Assembly (NCBI RefSeq): GCF_036321535.1
Contig: NC_087437.1
Coordinates: 56,670,001-56,734,000 of the forward strand
Direction of reading: 5' to 3'
DNA length: 64,000 nt
DNA from: Camelus dromedarius
Lineage: Eukaryota
A program made the position numbers and the translations under genes. Below, one piece after another: positions 50,266-62,873 of the stretch. Position 1 is the first letter of the stretch. Every line of letters starts with the position of its first letter. Below the pieces are notes generated by a model, which was not told where the DNA came from, searched no databases, and saw nothing but the letters and a program-made list of their open reading frames with translations.

Positions 50266-52779
50266 TTTTTAAACCTCTTTTTATTCATACAAATGACTCT
50301 TCAACTTCAATATGTACATCTGTGGTTAAGTCACTCTCTAAATTTCATAGATTACTTTTCAGTTTCTAAGGATAAAAAAAAACTGTTATTATAAACTTGA
50401 ATAACATAAACCAAAATCTCAAAATTAAATAATATTTTTAATTTAGAATCTAATAGCCATTAGACATTGTATTTTAAAACTAACACTGAAAAATTAAACA
50501 TACTAAATTTATATACATTAATGTGTGGCATTGCCTTTTTCTTCAAATTTTTCCATTAGGGGTCAATGAATTTCTTTGCATTTCCATCATCTCCCTATTC
50601 TAGCTTAATGAAAAGTGAGTTTTTTCACAAATATATAAATGTTCCCTTTCAACATTTTGTTCTTACTTCAAAGATTCAGATTATTAAAGGGCATTTTTAT
50701 TCAGATCGTTCTGATTCAGGTCACTGAATCATAACCCTGGCACTATCTGGTCCTGAACTCCAGCAGCCTCCACCAGCTGCTCAAGCACAGCTGGGACCAT
50801 GACTGAGCATCTGAACAGCCTGATCCATCCTTTCAGGACCTCATCGCTCTTCATCACACCTTCCACACAATCCAGGATGGAGGTTTTGCAGAGTGAGTGA
50901 ACATAAATTTCTTTCATTAATCGGATATTTTTTAAAAGTCTTCCTCAACAAATTTCTTGAGGGGAAAGGAAAAAGCAGTGCTTTTCTCCCTCACTTCCCC
51001 GCAGGTCTCCTAGCGCTTTCATGCATTCAGGTTACAGAGGAGGAACTGTCATCTCTGCTCTCTAATTCACACTCCGCGAAGCCAGAAATAATGGTATTTT
51101 CTGCTTGAATGCAAACCAATCATTTATCTGGACGTCCCTGAAAGGACTTAATTTGCCCTACTAGTCAGTATTCTGCCTCCATTAAAGGAACCCAGACGCA
51201 CACTTTTTTTAACTCACATTTTCCCCCTGTTCACCCCACACCCTGCTCCTGCAGCTGTCCCCAGTGGGAGATGGCTGCCAACCCCTCCCTGTCACCTTCT
51301 TTAGGCCATTATTGTGCGTTCTAGTACCACCAGTGCTGGGTCTCCAACCTAAGGACTCACATTTGCCTAAAATAAATAATAAGCAGAGGGAACAGACAAA
51401 CCAGCTTCTTTTGCCACCTTTTCTGAGGGCATGACCCAATGCTGTCCTATTCAGCAAGTGCTGCCGCTGGCTGACAGATAGTTAAAGCATCTCAGTGGTG
51501 AGAGATGAGGAATGTCCCAGCTCAGCCTGGCAGCAGAATCTGAACCGACACACAAGAAGCTGTTTAAAGGCACAGTGGAAAGAATTTTTAATGCTTCCCC
51601 TCAGAAGGGGATTTGACCTCACTTTGACAAACCACCTAGAAGTTTCATTGTGCTTAGAGCTGGAATGTCTTTTCTTTTCCTTGTATCCTTATACTGCTCT
51701 GCACAACTCTGAACAGGATCAGTACCATTAAACCTCCACTTGTTTGGTTGGCATTTCTCACTTTCTAGCCTGATTCAAAAGAGCGAGCGAGCAAGTGAGC
51801 CACAGAGAGGATTAAGAGTTTGAAGGAGTACATTTAAATACTGTTCTATTATCCAAGAATGATTGGTAGATATTATCTATTTATAGATTGGGGTTCTTTA
51901 TAAAATTATTTTGTAAAGGTCACCTCCAAATTAATTCAATATATTAGGTAAATAATTAACACTGTATTTTAGGACCAAGGTAGATAAAGAAGAAACACTC
52001 AAGAAGGTGACCAATTAAGACAATGTATTACATATGTATACGTTATGTGCGTGCAAACATGCCTATGTGCATACATGTATCACAAACATATGTATGTGTG
52101 TTAATGTGCATATTTAAATAATATATGCAATGTGAAATGACATACCATATTCATTTATCTCACTTCTCTATGTCTTAGACTCCCTTCTATAAAATGGGAT
52201 TGGCAAGCTGAAGATCGCCAAGCTTTCTTTATAACTTTGTCATGAATCTGCAAGCTTTGAGGATTTTAAGTTCCATAGACATAGACGTTCGAGGGAAGAA
52301 GCTGACATGGGGTGGCATGGTTGCAAAAATCTTTATGGAAGAAGAACTCAAGCAGTATATTGAAGGGCAAATAGACTGTGTTAGAGACAATACAATACTT
52401 GCAAGTAGACTTTTATGAGATTAAACTTTCAGAAATTTTGTTTATCCAGTAGTAACAAATATATAAATAAAAATATCAATGGTTAATGGAGGTAAGAGAG
52501 TGACTGCCCTAGTAAAGGAGAGGACCTGTCCTCTGCCCTTTGTCACAGAAACCAAGGCAGTGTCAGGATTTCTTTAAAAACTCACCCTAAATTCTAAATT
52601 GCTCCAAGGAATAAGTTATCACAAATTTGTGCAGCAGGTTGAGATACCCGGGAAATTAGAATTATTTTTCAGCTGATGCTTTGCCTCTGAGTCAGGGAAT
52701 CAGATCTGGTTCACCAGCTTTTGTGTCCAAGAATAGCTCTAGGAAATTGGGGGATCATCCTAACAACTCCTCCCCCCAA

Positions 52780-53115
52780 CTTTACATAAATGACATATCA
52801 CATTGTGTGAGTTTAAGGTTTACAACCTGTCAATTTGATACACTTACATATCACAAAATGATTACCACCACAGCATTATTAACACCTCCACCTTGTGACA
52901 TGATTACCATTTCTCTTTGTGTGTGTGTGACGAGAATATTGAGGGTTTACTCTCTTAATAATTTTCAAGTATATCACAGTTTAATTAACTACAATGTCCA
53001 TGCTGTACATCAGACCCCCAGAACTCATTTGTCTTGTACCTGGAAGTTTTGACCCTCTCACTAGCATCTCCCCATTTCCCCACCCCCTCAGCACCTGGTA
53101 ACCACCATTCTACTT
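52780..53115 (-). mobile_element. L1 3' end fragment
   Basis: GTTTAAGGTTTACAAC..CATGCTGTACATCAGACCCCCAGAAC..CTGGTAACCACCATTCTAC. Confidence 0.8.
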
Positions 53116-54324
53116 GCTATATTTGAGCTGGTCTTTATCTCTATTGGATGTCTCCAAATTCCTTGAATCTCTGTAGAATGTAGTTGCTCTCTTTGTCCTG
53201 TGGTTTATCAAATCATCTCAATTCAGAATCATGAGAAGAAATAATCAGGAAAGAAAAATCGGTGATCATCAGATATATAACTTAATGATTTTCATGATAT
53301 ATTTTTAAGTGAAAAAAAGCAGGTTACAGAAGACAGGATACTTTATGATTGTGCATAGACAAAATATATAGATCCCACAAACTACCAATGGGAACTTGAA
53401 ATCGATCTTTGGTAAGATTACAGAGGGAAAGTTAGTAACAGTATAGAGTGAGGTTTCCCAGAAGTGGGAAATGGTGATAGCGTAGAGTTGATATGGGATG
53501 AATTCATTGTTCCAGCTGAATATCAAATGTTTATAGAACTATTCACTTTGTACATATGGAGTTTCACAAACAATTACCAGAGACAGAATGGAAACATACA
53601 AAGAATATTCAGTCTAATCAGGAATCCAGATGTTTCATCATTTGAACTGTTGAACAAGCAGGTGTTACGACTGGAAGCAAAAACTCTAGGCCCAAACAAT
53701 ATCAAATGATCAAAGATGTTCCAGCCAGGCAGTAAAAATATGTCAGATTGAAATGAATAAATGTATTCCCAAAGGAAAATGCAAGAGTAAAAGTTAAAAC
53801 TAACGGGAGCAGAGTGGAGGTAAAGAAAGAAGGCTGGCCAAGCACAAGGCTGCTAAAAGAAGTCTTCCAGAAAGTCTGGCATTGCCTCTCCTTTTCCCTG
53901 AATGTTCAATTTGCAAATGTTTTAAAAACTCTGACCATACCTGCTGGTCGAGGAATGATACAATCATAATCCATCTGAAATTGAATAAATATTTCATGCT
54001 ATACTTGAGACAAGATGGAGAAGTAAGGGCTGCATGAAAATCCGCATAGATGAATCCGTAATTTCCTGAGTAAAACACGTCCAGGAAGTGGCTACTGAAT
54101 CTTCACATCAGCTTGAAGGGCGCTTCCCTAGTGGTATCCCTAGTGACCTATGTGTGCTTCTGCCCCTTCAACATTTTTAGTAAAAAGTTGAATGAAACTA
54201 TTAGAAAGGAGAACTGAAATGTAAACGTGGGCTGCAGTGATAGGCAAAGAAGAAAGTTTTAAGATAATAAGACAATATTTAACATTCTGTCCTAGGATTT
54301 ATTTTTGAGATAGATCAGGAAGAT

Positions 54325-56275
54325 TTAAATGACAGATGGGATATGCCATATCCATGGATTGAGAGATTCAATATCACAAAGATAACATTTCTGTCTAAAT
54401 TCATCTATAGACTCAATATAGTCCCAATCAAAATGCCAGAAAAATGTCTTTCCTTCTGGTGTTTCTTCTAGATTTTGAAAAGTGATTCTAAAATTTGTAT
54501 GGAAATGCAAAGGATCAAAGTAACCAAAAAAATTGATAGAATATATTTAAAACATTAAAATATTGAATCCATGTATATATAGAAACTAAGAGTTTAACCA
54601 GGAAGGGTTTGTATTTCAGTGCAAGATTGGCTTAAGTTTGAAAATCTATCAATGTTATTCACTACATTAACAGATGAAAAGGAGAAAATATCTCAGTATA
54701 TATGGAAAAATGATTTAACTGAAACCTATTCATGATTTAAAAAGAAGACAGACATATGAAGCTAGGAATGGATAAGATCTTTCTTAACTGCTTAATTTAT
54801 ATAGTGTATTCATTTAAAAAAACTGCAGTAGACATCATATGTAATCACAAAATACTGTAAGTTTTTCCCTTGAAATTGGGAACAAAGCAAAGATGTTGTT
54901 ATCAACACTTCTATCCAACTATGTATAGTATGTCCTGGCCAACACAGAACACACAAAGGAAAAAATAAGTATAATGATTGGAAAGGAAAAAATAAAACTG
55001 AGAACAAATCTTAGGCAACAGATTGTAGATACTTTGAGTTTTCTATGTATACAGAAAAAATTATAATAAAATATACATATTAATGTATAAAATCAGTGAT
55101 ATTTTTCTATAGCAGCAACCAGAAAACTTTATAAACTACTGTTTAAAATAACATCAACAAACTTCACATAACTATGAACAAATGTTTTTTTAAAAGATGT
55201 AAAAATGCTTCCCACAGAAAACTATAAAAAATTACAGAAATTTTTAAAAGTTAATAGAGGAATAGTCCATGTTCAGAATTGTAAAGGTGTCATTTCTTCC
55301 AAAATGTTTTATATATTCATTGCTATCCCAATTGATCTTCCAACAAAGGGTTTTTTTTTAAGTTGGCAAATTGATTCAAAACTTATGTAAAAATCCAAAG
55401 ATGCAAGTAATTTAAGATGAAATCAAGGAGCAAAGGTGAAAGATTTATATTCCCAGGTATTAAGTCTTATTAGAAAATTAACAATGATTTAGACTATGTG
55501 GTGTTTATGTAAGGATAGAAAAAATACAGTAGAACAAAAGAAAGTCCAGAAATGGATGCACTATATATGAATACTTGACTTATAATTTTAAAAAATGACA
55601 CTGAAGAACAATGGGGTGAGGACAGCCTTCTTCATAAATAATGTTGTAGCAATCATGTATCCATACGGAAGGAAACAAAAAAGGAATCTGACCCTTACCT
55701 TACATCTTACCCCTAAATCAATTCCCATTGGATTGTAGATCTAAATATAAAAAACAAAATAATGATGTTTCTTAAAAAGGCATAAGGGAATATATTTATG
55801 CCCTTGAAATAGGAAAATCCTGATTATAATGAAAAAGCTTGATGCTTCAGACGTGTTAAAATCAAGACATCCTATCCATCAAAAGATAATAGTAAGGAAA
55901 AGCAACAGATTTTAACACAAATAAGAACCAAAGGCTACCATAGAGAATGTATAAAGATCTTCAACAAATCGATATAAAAAGTAGACAACTCAACAGAAAA
56001 ATGAATAGAAGGCTTTAGCAGTCACATTACAAAAGATAATACCCAAATATCAAAAAGTTATTGGGCAATAAACAAGAGAAAAGATTCTCAGCTTTATAAG
56101 TGATAAGGAAAATATAAATTAAAACAAAATGTGATGCACACACATTTACCAAATAAAAAGGACAGATAATACTAACTTTTAGCAAACATGTGTAGAAATG
56201 ATAATTTCTAGACACTGATGGTAGGGGGATGAATTTGTTAATTAATAAAAAACACTTTATAAAATGGTTTTGCAG
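54325..56275 (+). mobile_element. Old L1M ORF2 fragments (two non-collinear pieces, ~54325-54530 and ~54590-56275)
   Basis: Degenerate ORF2 signatures: CCATGGATTGAGAGATTCAATAT, CCCAATCAAAATGCCAG, GAAAACTATAAAA, GGATTGTAGATCTAAATATAAAA. Confidence 0.8.
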
Positions 56276-56279
56276 CAGT

Positions 56280-56641
56280 ATTTATGTTCTTTGGATTGAG
56301 TCTCCCAGTACTTAAGAAGTGGCTCTGATGCATTAACTCCCTCTTAATCCAGACTTGCACACATGCAGCAGCAGAGCCAAAGGGCTCTCAAGCGTTGGCA
56401 TACCAAGAACCTTCGGGGCAGAGACAAGAAATATAGGGTACAGTTCAGCTGAGGTGATGTCGGGTGAGACCTGTGTGCAGCTGATTGCCACAGAAATGGC
56501 TAGAGCCCAAGGCAGTCCAGCCTAGCTCCCATCCCTGTACCACTCAGGACTGCTCATTTCTGTAGAAAGTCTGATATGTTAGTCCTCAAGGGAAATGGTC
56601 AATAATCATTAATAGATGGCTGGAAAAGGTTAAGTGTCACA
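56280..56641 (-). mobile_element. Probable 3' LTR of the ERV-L element
   Basis: Minus strand starts TGTGACAC immediately after the polypurine tract; GC-richer than the flanking L1. Left boundary approximate. Confidence 0.6.
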
Positions 56642-58380
56642 ATCCCCCCTGCTGCAGGTGTTCCTGAGACTATTATTTATGTCTTCTTTCACTTATTCTA
56701 GATTTCCCTCATGCTCAGTAAGTGCCTCCCTATAGGTTGTAGGCATAATGGAGAGACCTCTATCCTCAGGCGATCAGAGGCTTTACTCTTGTTGGACCTT
56801 GGTTGTCATAATTGCCAGGGAGGCACCAAGAGATGCTCTGGTGAATCTTCAAGGCTCACTCCTTTCTTCCCTCCTTGTGTAGCCGCAATGCAACTCTTTT
56901 GTATAACCTAGGCCAATCATCCTGAAAGTGGTATCTCCTTTTTACCTGCTATTCTACAGGCAGAAGAAACTACAAATGTCCAACAAACAATAGGCATGTT
57001 TTTAAGATCAGAGGAACCTTGTTATATCCTCTGGTAGAAGCACTGCCTCTACTTAATTTCCTAGGAAGGAACACTTCCAAACAAGCAGAATCTTCAAAGA
57101 TGAGTAAGTCCACAACTTATAGCTTTGTCTACAGAGATTTTCCTTCAAGGCTAACATTATAAAAGCAATCCATCTGTGACCCAGGCATAAATATTTTCTG
57201 TTACTTGTATATAGGGACCAAAGAGGTCATAGGGGTAAATTGAAGGAAGAGCATCAGGCAACAGAAGTAGGTAACATAGGAATCTGGACCCTCTAGACAT
57301 ACTCAGGCCTAATTTTAAATTCATTTCCATTCAACAATGCACTGCTGTGACACTCACCTGACCTTACAACGTGATGGATCTGATAATAAACTGCTTGTGA
57401 TGAGCAACTCTTCTTCACATACCTAGAGCCGGTCTTCAAATAACAGATAGTTCTCTGATGCTTGCCCCAGAAACCCAGGGTCTGTACTGTAATCTCCTAT
57501 TGCTTTTTAGAGGCCCCACAAATCATCCTTATTTAGTACGACAAGATATGCTGGGTCATATGGCCCGACAGAAAGAGCAGCTTTCACTACAGTCTGGTGA
57601 AACGTGTTCTTCACCCTACTCAAAACAGTATGCCTTCCAAGTCACTCAGTAATTACTGCAATATGTCCAAATGCAATATACACTTCCTCCAGAATCCAGA
57701 TAAATTTATCCCAATGGAGATGTCCCATCTGACTCCAAGTCATAGGACCCCTAAGTACTTCCTGATATGGTAGAATTTGAACCTTCATGGAGATTATCTC
57801 CTACTCATGTGTGTCCTACTAAGCCTTCCAGAGTATTTTATGTGAAGTCTGATGAAGATACCATTACTGTGATTGTACAGCACAATATTCTATAGAAAGC
57901 CAACATGACCAAACTCTCCGTACACTACGGTGTGACCAAAAATGGGATTAACATCGCGATTAGGCAAGACAGTGAATGTATATTTCTTTCTTTCCACATA
58001 AACACGAACTGTCTTTGAGTTTCTTTACTGATGGGGATTGAAAATAATGACCAGTACTCACAGACCAAATGCCAAATATCTTATCGATCTCTTTCAGTAA
58101 AGCCACCACGCCTACTGGAGCAGCCACATTTGAGACTGAGGTTGCTTACATGTATGGTAGTTTACGATGATCTGCCATTTATCTGGTTTGTGTAGGAGCC
58201 AAACAGGTAACTGAATAGAGAATAATGATGACTCCAAACCTGTGTCCTTTAAGTCTTTGTTTGTGGAAATAATCTCTTCAGTTATTCCTAGGATATACTG
58301 CTTTGTTTTAGTCTCTTGGATAGAAACCAAGGCTTAGGGGGTTAGAGTTTCAGTCTTTCACTTGGACCTTTCTGTCATAA
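56642..58380 (-). mobile_element. ERV-L (class III) internal region, degenerate pol
   Basis: Minus ORF 58112-58330 (KQYILGITEEIISTNKDLKDTG...PVWLLHKPDKWQIIVNY) resembles the N-terminal ERV-L reverse transcriptase (KQYRIPGG..EISATIKDLKDAG..PIWPVQKTDGSWRMTVDY, recalled). On the minus strand it ends in a polypurine-tract-like AGGGGGGAT at 56642-56650. Confidence 0.85.
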
Positions 58381-58639
58381 TGGTTCTTATACTAAACAGG
58401 TCAAGGAACCTGAAGCAAGCTAGGGAGCAAGCCACACAGAATCTGGGGACAAAAGCACTCCAAGGTACCTCAGAGAAAAAGACCTTAACTTTTGAATATA
58501 TTTGGAGTGTTTCAGAAATGCACAGGGTGCAGTTTGGCCGAGTGAGCAAGGGGAGAGTGATATTGAAGATTGAAGATTTTATCACACATCTCACAGAAAT
58601 GGATAGGTTATGCAGATTTAAAAAATCATTAAGAATATT

Positions 58640-59280
58640 AAAGATTCAAAATTCAATAAACTTGATCTATTATTCACATACATTCTCTTATGCTGAACAA
58701 TTGGTGAGTGCACATTAATTTCAGGCAAATGTAGAACATTCATAAAAGCTGATGACCTAATAGACCATAAAGCAACTTGCTTTATTGTAAGAATATCTTG
58801 GAGACCACATTCTATGAAATTAAGTTAGAAACATAAAACATTGAAGACAAATTCATCAACCAAAAAAGTACAGTTGGAACTTTAAAAAAGAGTGAAGTAA
58901 CTAATGAATCAACTAATGTATCATTAAGATTAAAGAGTGCTTAGAATTGAATGGTAATTAAAAGACTATATAGTGAAACCTACGAGAAACAATCAAAGCA
59001 GTAATGTAGAAGGAGAAATGGAGAAATGTAAAGAAGAAATGTAAGTTTTAAATAATTAGATTTGGAAAAAGAAGGCTAAAAATTCATGAGCTATGTATTG
59101 AGGGTAAATAGACTGAAAAAAGAGCAATAGAATAAATCCCAAAATGACAAAAGTAAGAAGAGAAAGTAATGAATTATAGAATTAATCTACATTTAAGAAG
59201 GTAAATAACTCAAGAGTGATTTCTTGGGAAAAACTAATACAATTGACCAATCTCAGAAAATATACATAAAGAAAAAATCA
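58640..59280 (+). mobile_element. Old L1M ORF2 N-terminal (endonuclease/linker) remnant
   Basis: A-rich degenerate matches such as GAACATTCATAAAA..GACCATAAAGCA, GACCACATTCT, ATTAAGTTAGAAA. Confidence 0.6.
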
Positions 59281-61883
59281 CATTTGGCCAACAGTTTGTT
59301 GCTTTATCTCTTGCATTGCACAAGGAATAAGTCCTCAAAAAGTGAAAATATTTAGCTTTAAGAACAGTGTACACAAGCACAGTCTCAATATTCTAATTGT
59401 TCATCCCTTTTATGGACATTAATTGGTCTCTTATACATATAAATTAAACTTTTCTAATGCGCTGATCTATTATTAACAAAGAAACCAGAAATATGCATGA
59501 AAAATATGCAAAGTACCTCTCAACTTACAAATTTAGATCTAAATCCTCAGTAATTGGACACATATACAAAGTATAAATATATAACTTACAACTGATAGAA
59601 AAATTTAGAAGACAAAAATTACTTAATCAACATCTCAATTTTTTATCCTCTTCAATTTTAGATAATGTTGGGAGAGCATCTAATTGCTTTTTTTAGACAA
59701 AGAATAAAACTTGCAGTCTTGTTTAACACATTGACTGTTACTCAGCTTCAAAACTGCGGAAGAGAGTATTTTAAAAATTACCAAGCCCTGTTGTCTATAA
59801 GAGGAAGCATATTTCCTTCACCAGTAAAATGCCATTATCTATTATGTGGAATAGGAAGCAGTATACACTAAATTTTTAAATCAAATAAATGAATTTATGG
59901 TGTCTGAACATATAAACCAAATCTTTCCCACAGAGTGCTCTCCAGATACAGCCAGTGGCAATGATAACTCCTTCTGTCTCTCTGGCACAGTAGAGTTCAT
60001 AAAACATTTTACAAAATTTGGTCATAAAACTCATCTAGTTCAATTTATTTAATCTTGATCTGGGGAAGAAGTTAGGAACTCTCTCTGTTAAAAACGTACT
60101 CTGGTCCCCACCTAGGCCATCCTCTTGATGGATAAGGTCCACCAAAATAATTGAGCCAAATCTCAAGTCTCCCCACTTACTCCCTTTATATCCAGAAATT
60201 CCTCCTTTTTTCCCCCTTGTCTCAATGTTCTTTATTTGTGGATGCTAATCATCATTCTACTCTCCCCTCTTTTCTTTCCCTCTTATTTGTGCACTGCCCC
60301 CAGGGCTTGGAGGCACTCCAAGCACAGTGAAACCATGAAGACATCATCACTACCATCCCAGCTTAACACTTGTATTGACCACCACTGTCATCCCCTCCCC
60401 TCCACTCCTCTCCCTCCCTTTCCCTTTCCTATCTCCCCTCCCTTCCCCCTTTCTCCTCACTATTCAAATTTAGTTCTAAGACAAAATAAACCTTGGCATT
60501 GGTCATCGGCAACCTTTCTTTCCCTGCCCTCCCTGCTTTACCACTGTTTCTCCTCTGCCCCAACCTTTCCCAGTGCTTAGTGGCTTGTGAGAGGAGATTA
60601 AACTAATCCCATCTCCCGACAAGCTCACTAAGCAGTTCCTGAGTAAAGTCCAAAATTCCAGCAAAGCAATAGAGCTGGGCGGGAAATTAATTTAACAATC
60701 AGCACATTATAGCAGTAGCTTTTCCACGAGAATTCTTTCTCATTTAATAAGCCCATCCAAAGTCAGGAAGAAGTCGGCAGCATGGAGTGTATGGAGGGAG
60801 GAGGAATATAGGGGCAATTAGGGTTTTTTTCCCTTATTAAACATAAATTAAGCAACTAAGAATGTTGGCACCACAGCACTCTTTTTAAAGTAATTTAACC
60901 TACCCTTTTTCTTCACAAAATGGGAATGAGTGTGTAAATAGCCAACATTTAAGTGGTTTTGGATTGGTTCATTTGCTAATTAATACTTAAGAAAGTGGAA
61001 TTAGAAAGACTAGGCAGGAGTAAGGCAATTTCAGAGTGTTGTGCCTGCAGCATGGTGATGCCTCAGCCTGCAGCTCCGGTCCTGAGAGGCAAGGGAAGCC
61101 ACCACCATCACTCCATCCTTGGAGGACAGCACCACCCTCCCTACTCTTCTTCTGCTACTTACCCAGTATACAGACATCTCTCCAGAATACAAACCTCAAA
61201 GTACGATCTGATAGATCATATTTAAATCAGGATCTCGAATCCCTTCAGCTTTCTCAGTATTTTAATTTTCTTTTTTCCCAAGGAACTAATTTGAAATGAA
61301 TTTGAGTCTCAGAAGCTGAGGTAGGCAGAGGCGGCATTGCCAGTGGCTGGGTAGGGGGTCAGAAATTTCTATTCAAGGAAGAGGGAATGCAATGGGTAAT
61401 GTCTAAAAAAAAAAGTAAGAGGGGTTCCAGGGAAAGTTTGGCCTCAAGAGTGAATCCATGGTTTATATTCTTGGCATTCATTAGGCCAAAGAATTCCATG
61501 TTAAAATAAAATGGAAAGAGTTTTTAAAAAATAAAAGTAAACAAAAAGAGCTCCTAAGGCACAACTGAAAAGCCTGAAGCCCTACTGAGGGTAAGACGAA
61601 GAGACATGCTCAATAGTATCTTTCAGAACAGGCAGAGGAAGGTCCCGACCAAACCCACTAGTCTTTAAAGAGAAAGTGCTTCTCAGTGTGCTCCCCTCAA
61701 GAGTGAGCTGTGTCCAGAAAGGCATTTAAATCACAGTTATGCAGTGTCAGACCTCCCAAAGCAACAGATCTTTTCCAAATACCCTCGTGGTTTCTTGAGA
61801 AACTTTAAAGAAAACATCCAAACACTGAATCTAGTATTAACTTTATTCTATATATACATATATTTAATAATAATAATATATAA

Positions 61884-61888
<5 letters not shown>

Positions 61889-61940
<52 letters not shown>
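61889..61940. repeat. (TA)26 microsatellite
   Basis: Direct reading, uninterrupted. Confidence 0.98.
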
Positions 61941-61945
<5 letters not shown>

Positions 61946-62403
61946 AAGTGAAAAAAATACATTATAAAGGCCATTGTGAATCCTTGATGCCTCTTGGCTA
62001 TTGACAGGAACTAAAAAAATATGTATCATTTCAACCAATGTTTACTGGAAATTATTCTTGGGAAATCACTGTGTTTGACACAAGATCCCTGAACCCAGAA
62101 AGTACAGCTATGTAAATGTTTTTATATTATAATTGTTTTATAGTTACCTTTCTTAAGACTATACTTTCAGGGATCATTTCTATAGTTCATTATAGTTACC
62201 TTTCTTAAGTTTAAATATACACATATTAACTCCTATTTCCAATTGAGATTGTATAGGGGTAAATGATATTATACTATATGGATTATTTTAGGCAGATTTC
62301 ATATAAACAAATGGGAGGAACAATCTATTCTTTATTCCCTTGTGTAATATTTTCGTTAATATTCTAATTGTGAAATTCGAACTATTATCAACCACATAAA
62401 TTT

Positions 62404-62873
62404 TTTAAATTATTTTTTAATTTTTTTATTTGAAGTATAGTTGATTTACAGTATTGTGTTAGCTTTAGGTGTGCAGCAAAGTGATTCAGTTATACATATA
62501 TATATTCATTTAGCAGATTCTTTTCCATTATAGGTTATTATAAGATATTGACTATAGCTCCCTGTGTGATACAGTAGGTTCTTGTTGTTTATCTATTTTA
62601 TATATAGTAGTGTGTATCTGTTAATCCCAAACTTCTAATTTATCCTTCCCCCTTTTTCCCCTTTGATAACCATAAATTTATTTTTTACATCTATGAGTCT
62701 CTTTCCGTTCTATAAATAAGTTCATTTGTATCATTTTTTTTTTAGATTCCACATATAAATGATATTATATGATACTTGTCTTTCTCTGTCTGACTTATCT
62801 CACTTAGTGTGATAATCTCTAGGTCCATCCATGCTGCTGCAAACGGCATTATTTCATTCTTTTTTATGGCTGA
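62404..62873 (-). mobile_element. 5'-truncated L1 3'UTR with TSD
   Basis: T-rich tail followed by typical antisense L1 3'UTR (GAAGTATAGTTGATTTACA, TAGATTCCACATATAA, CTCTAGGTCCATCCATG). Perfect 17-bp TSD ATCAACCACATAAATTT at 62387-62403 and 62874-62890. Confidence 0.93.

Noticed and set aside
61744..62038. YIYIYI-repeat ORFs
   Set aside because: Translation artefact of the (TA)n microsatellite.
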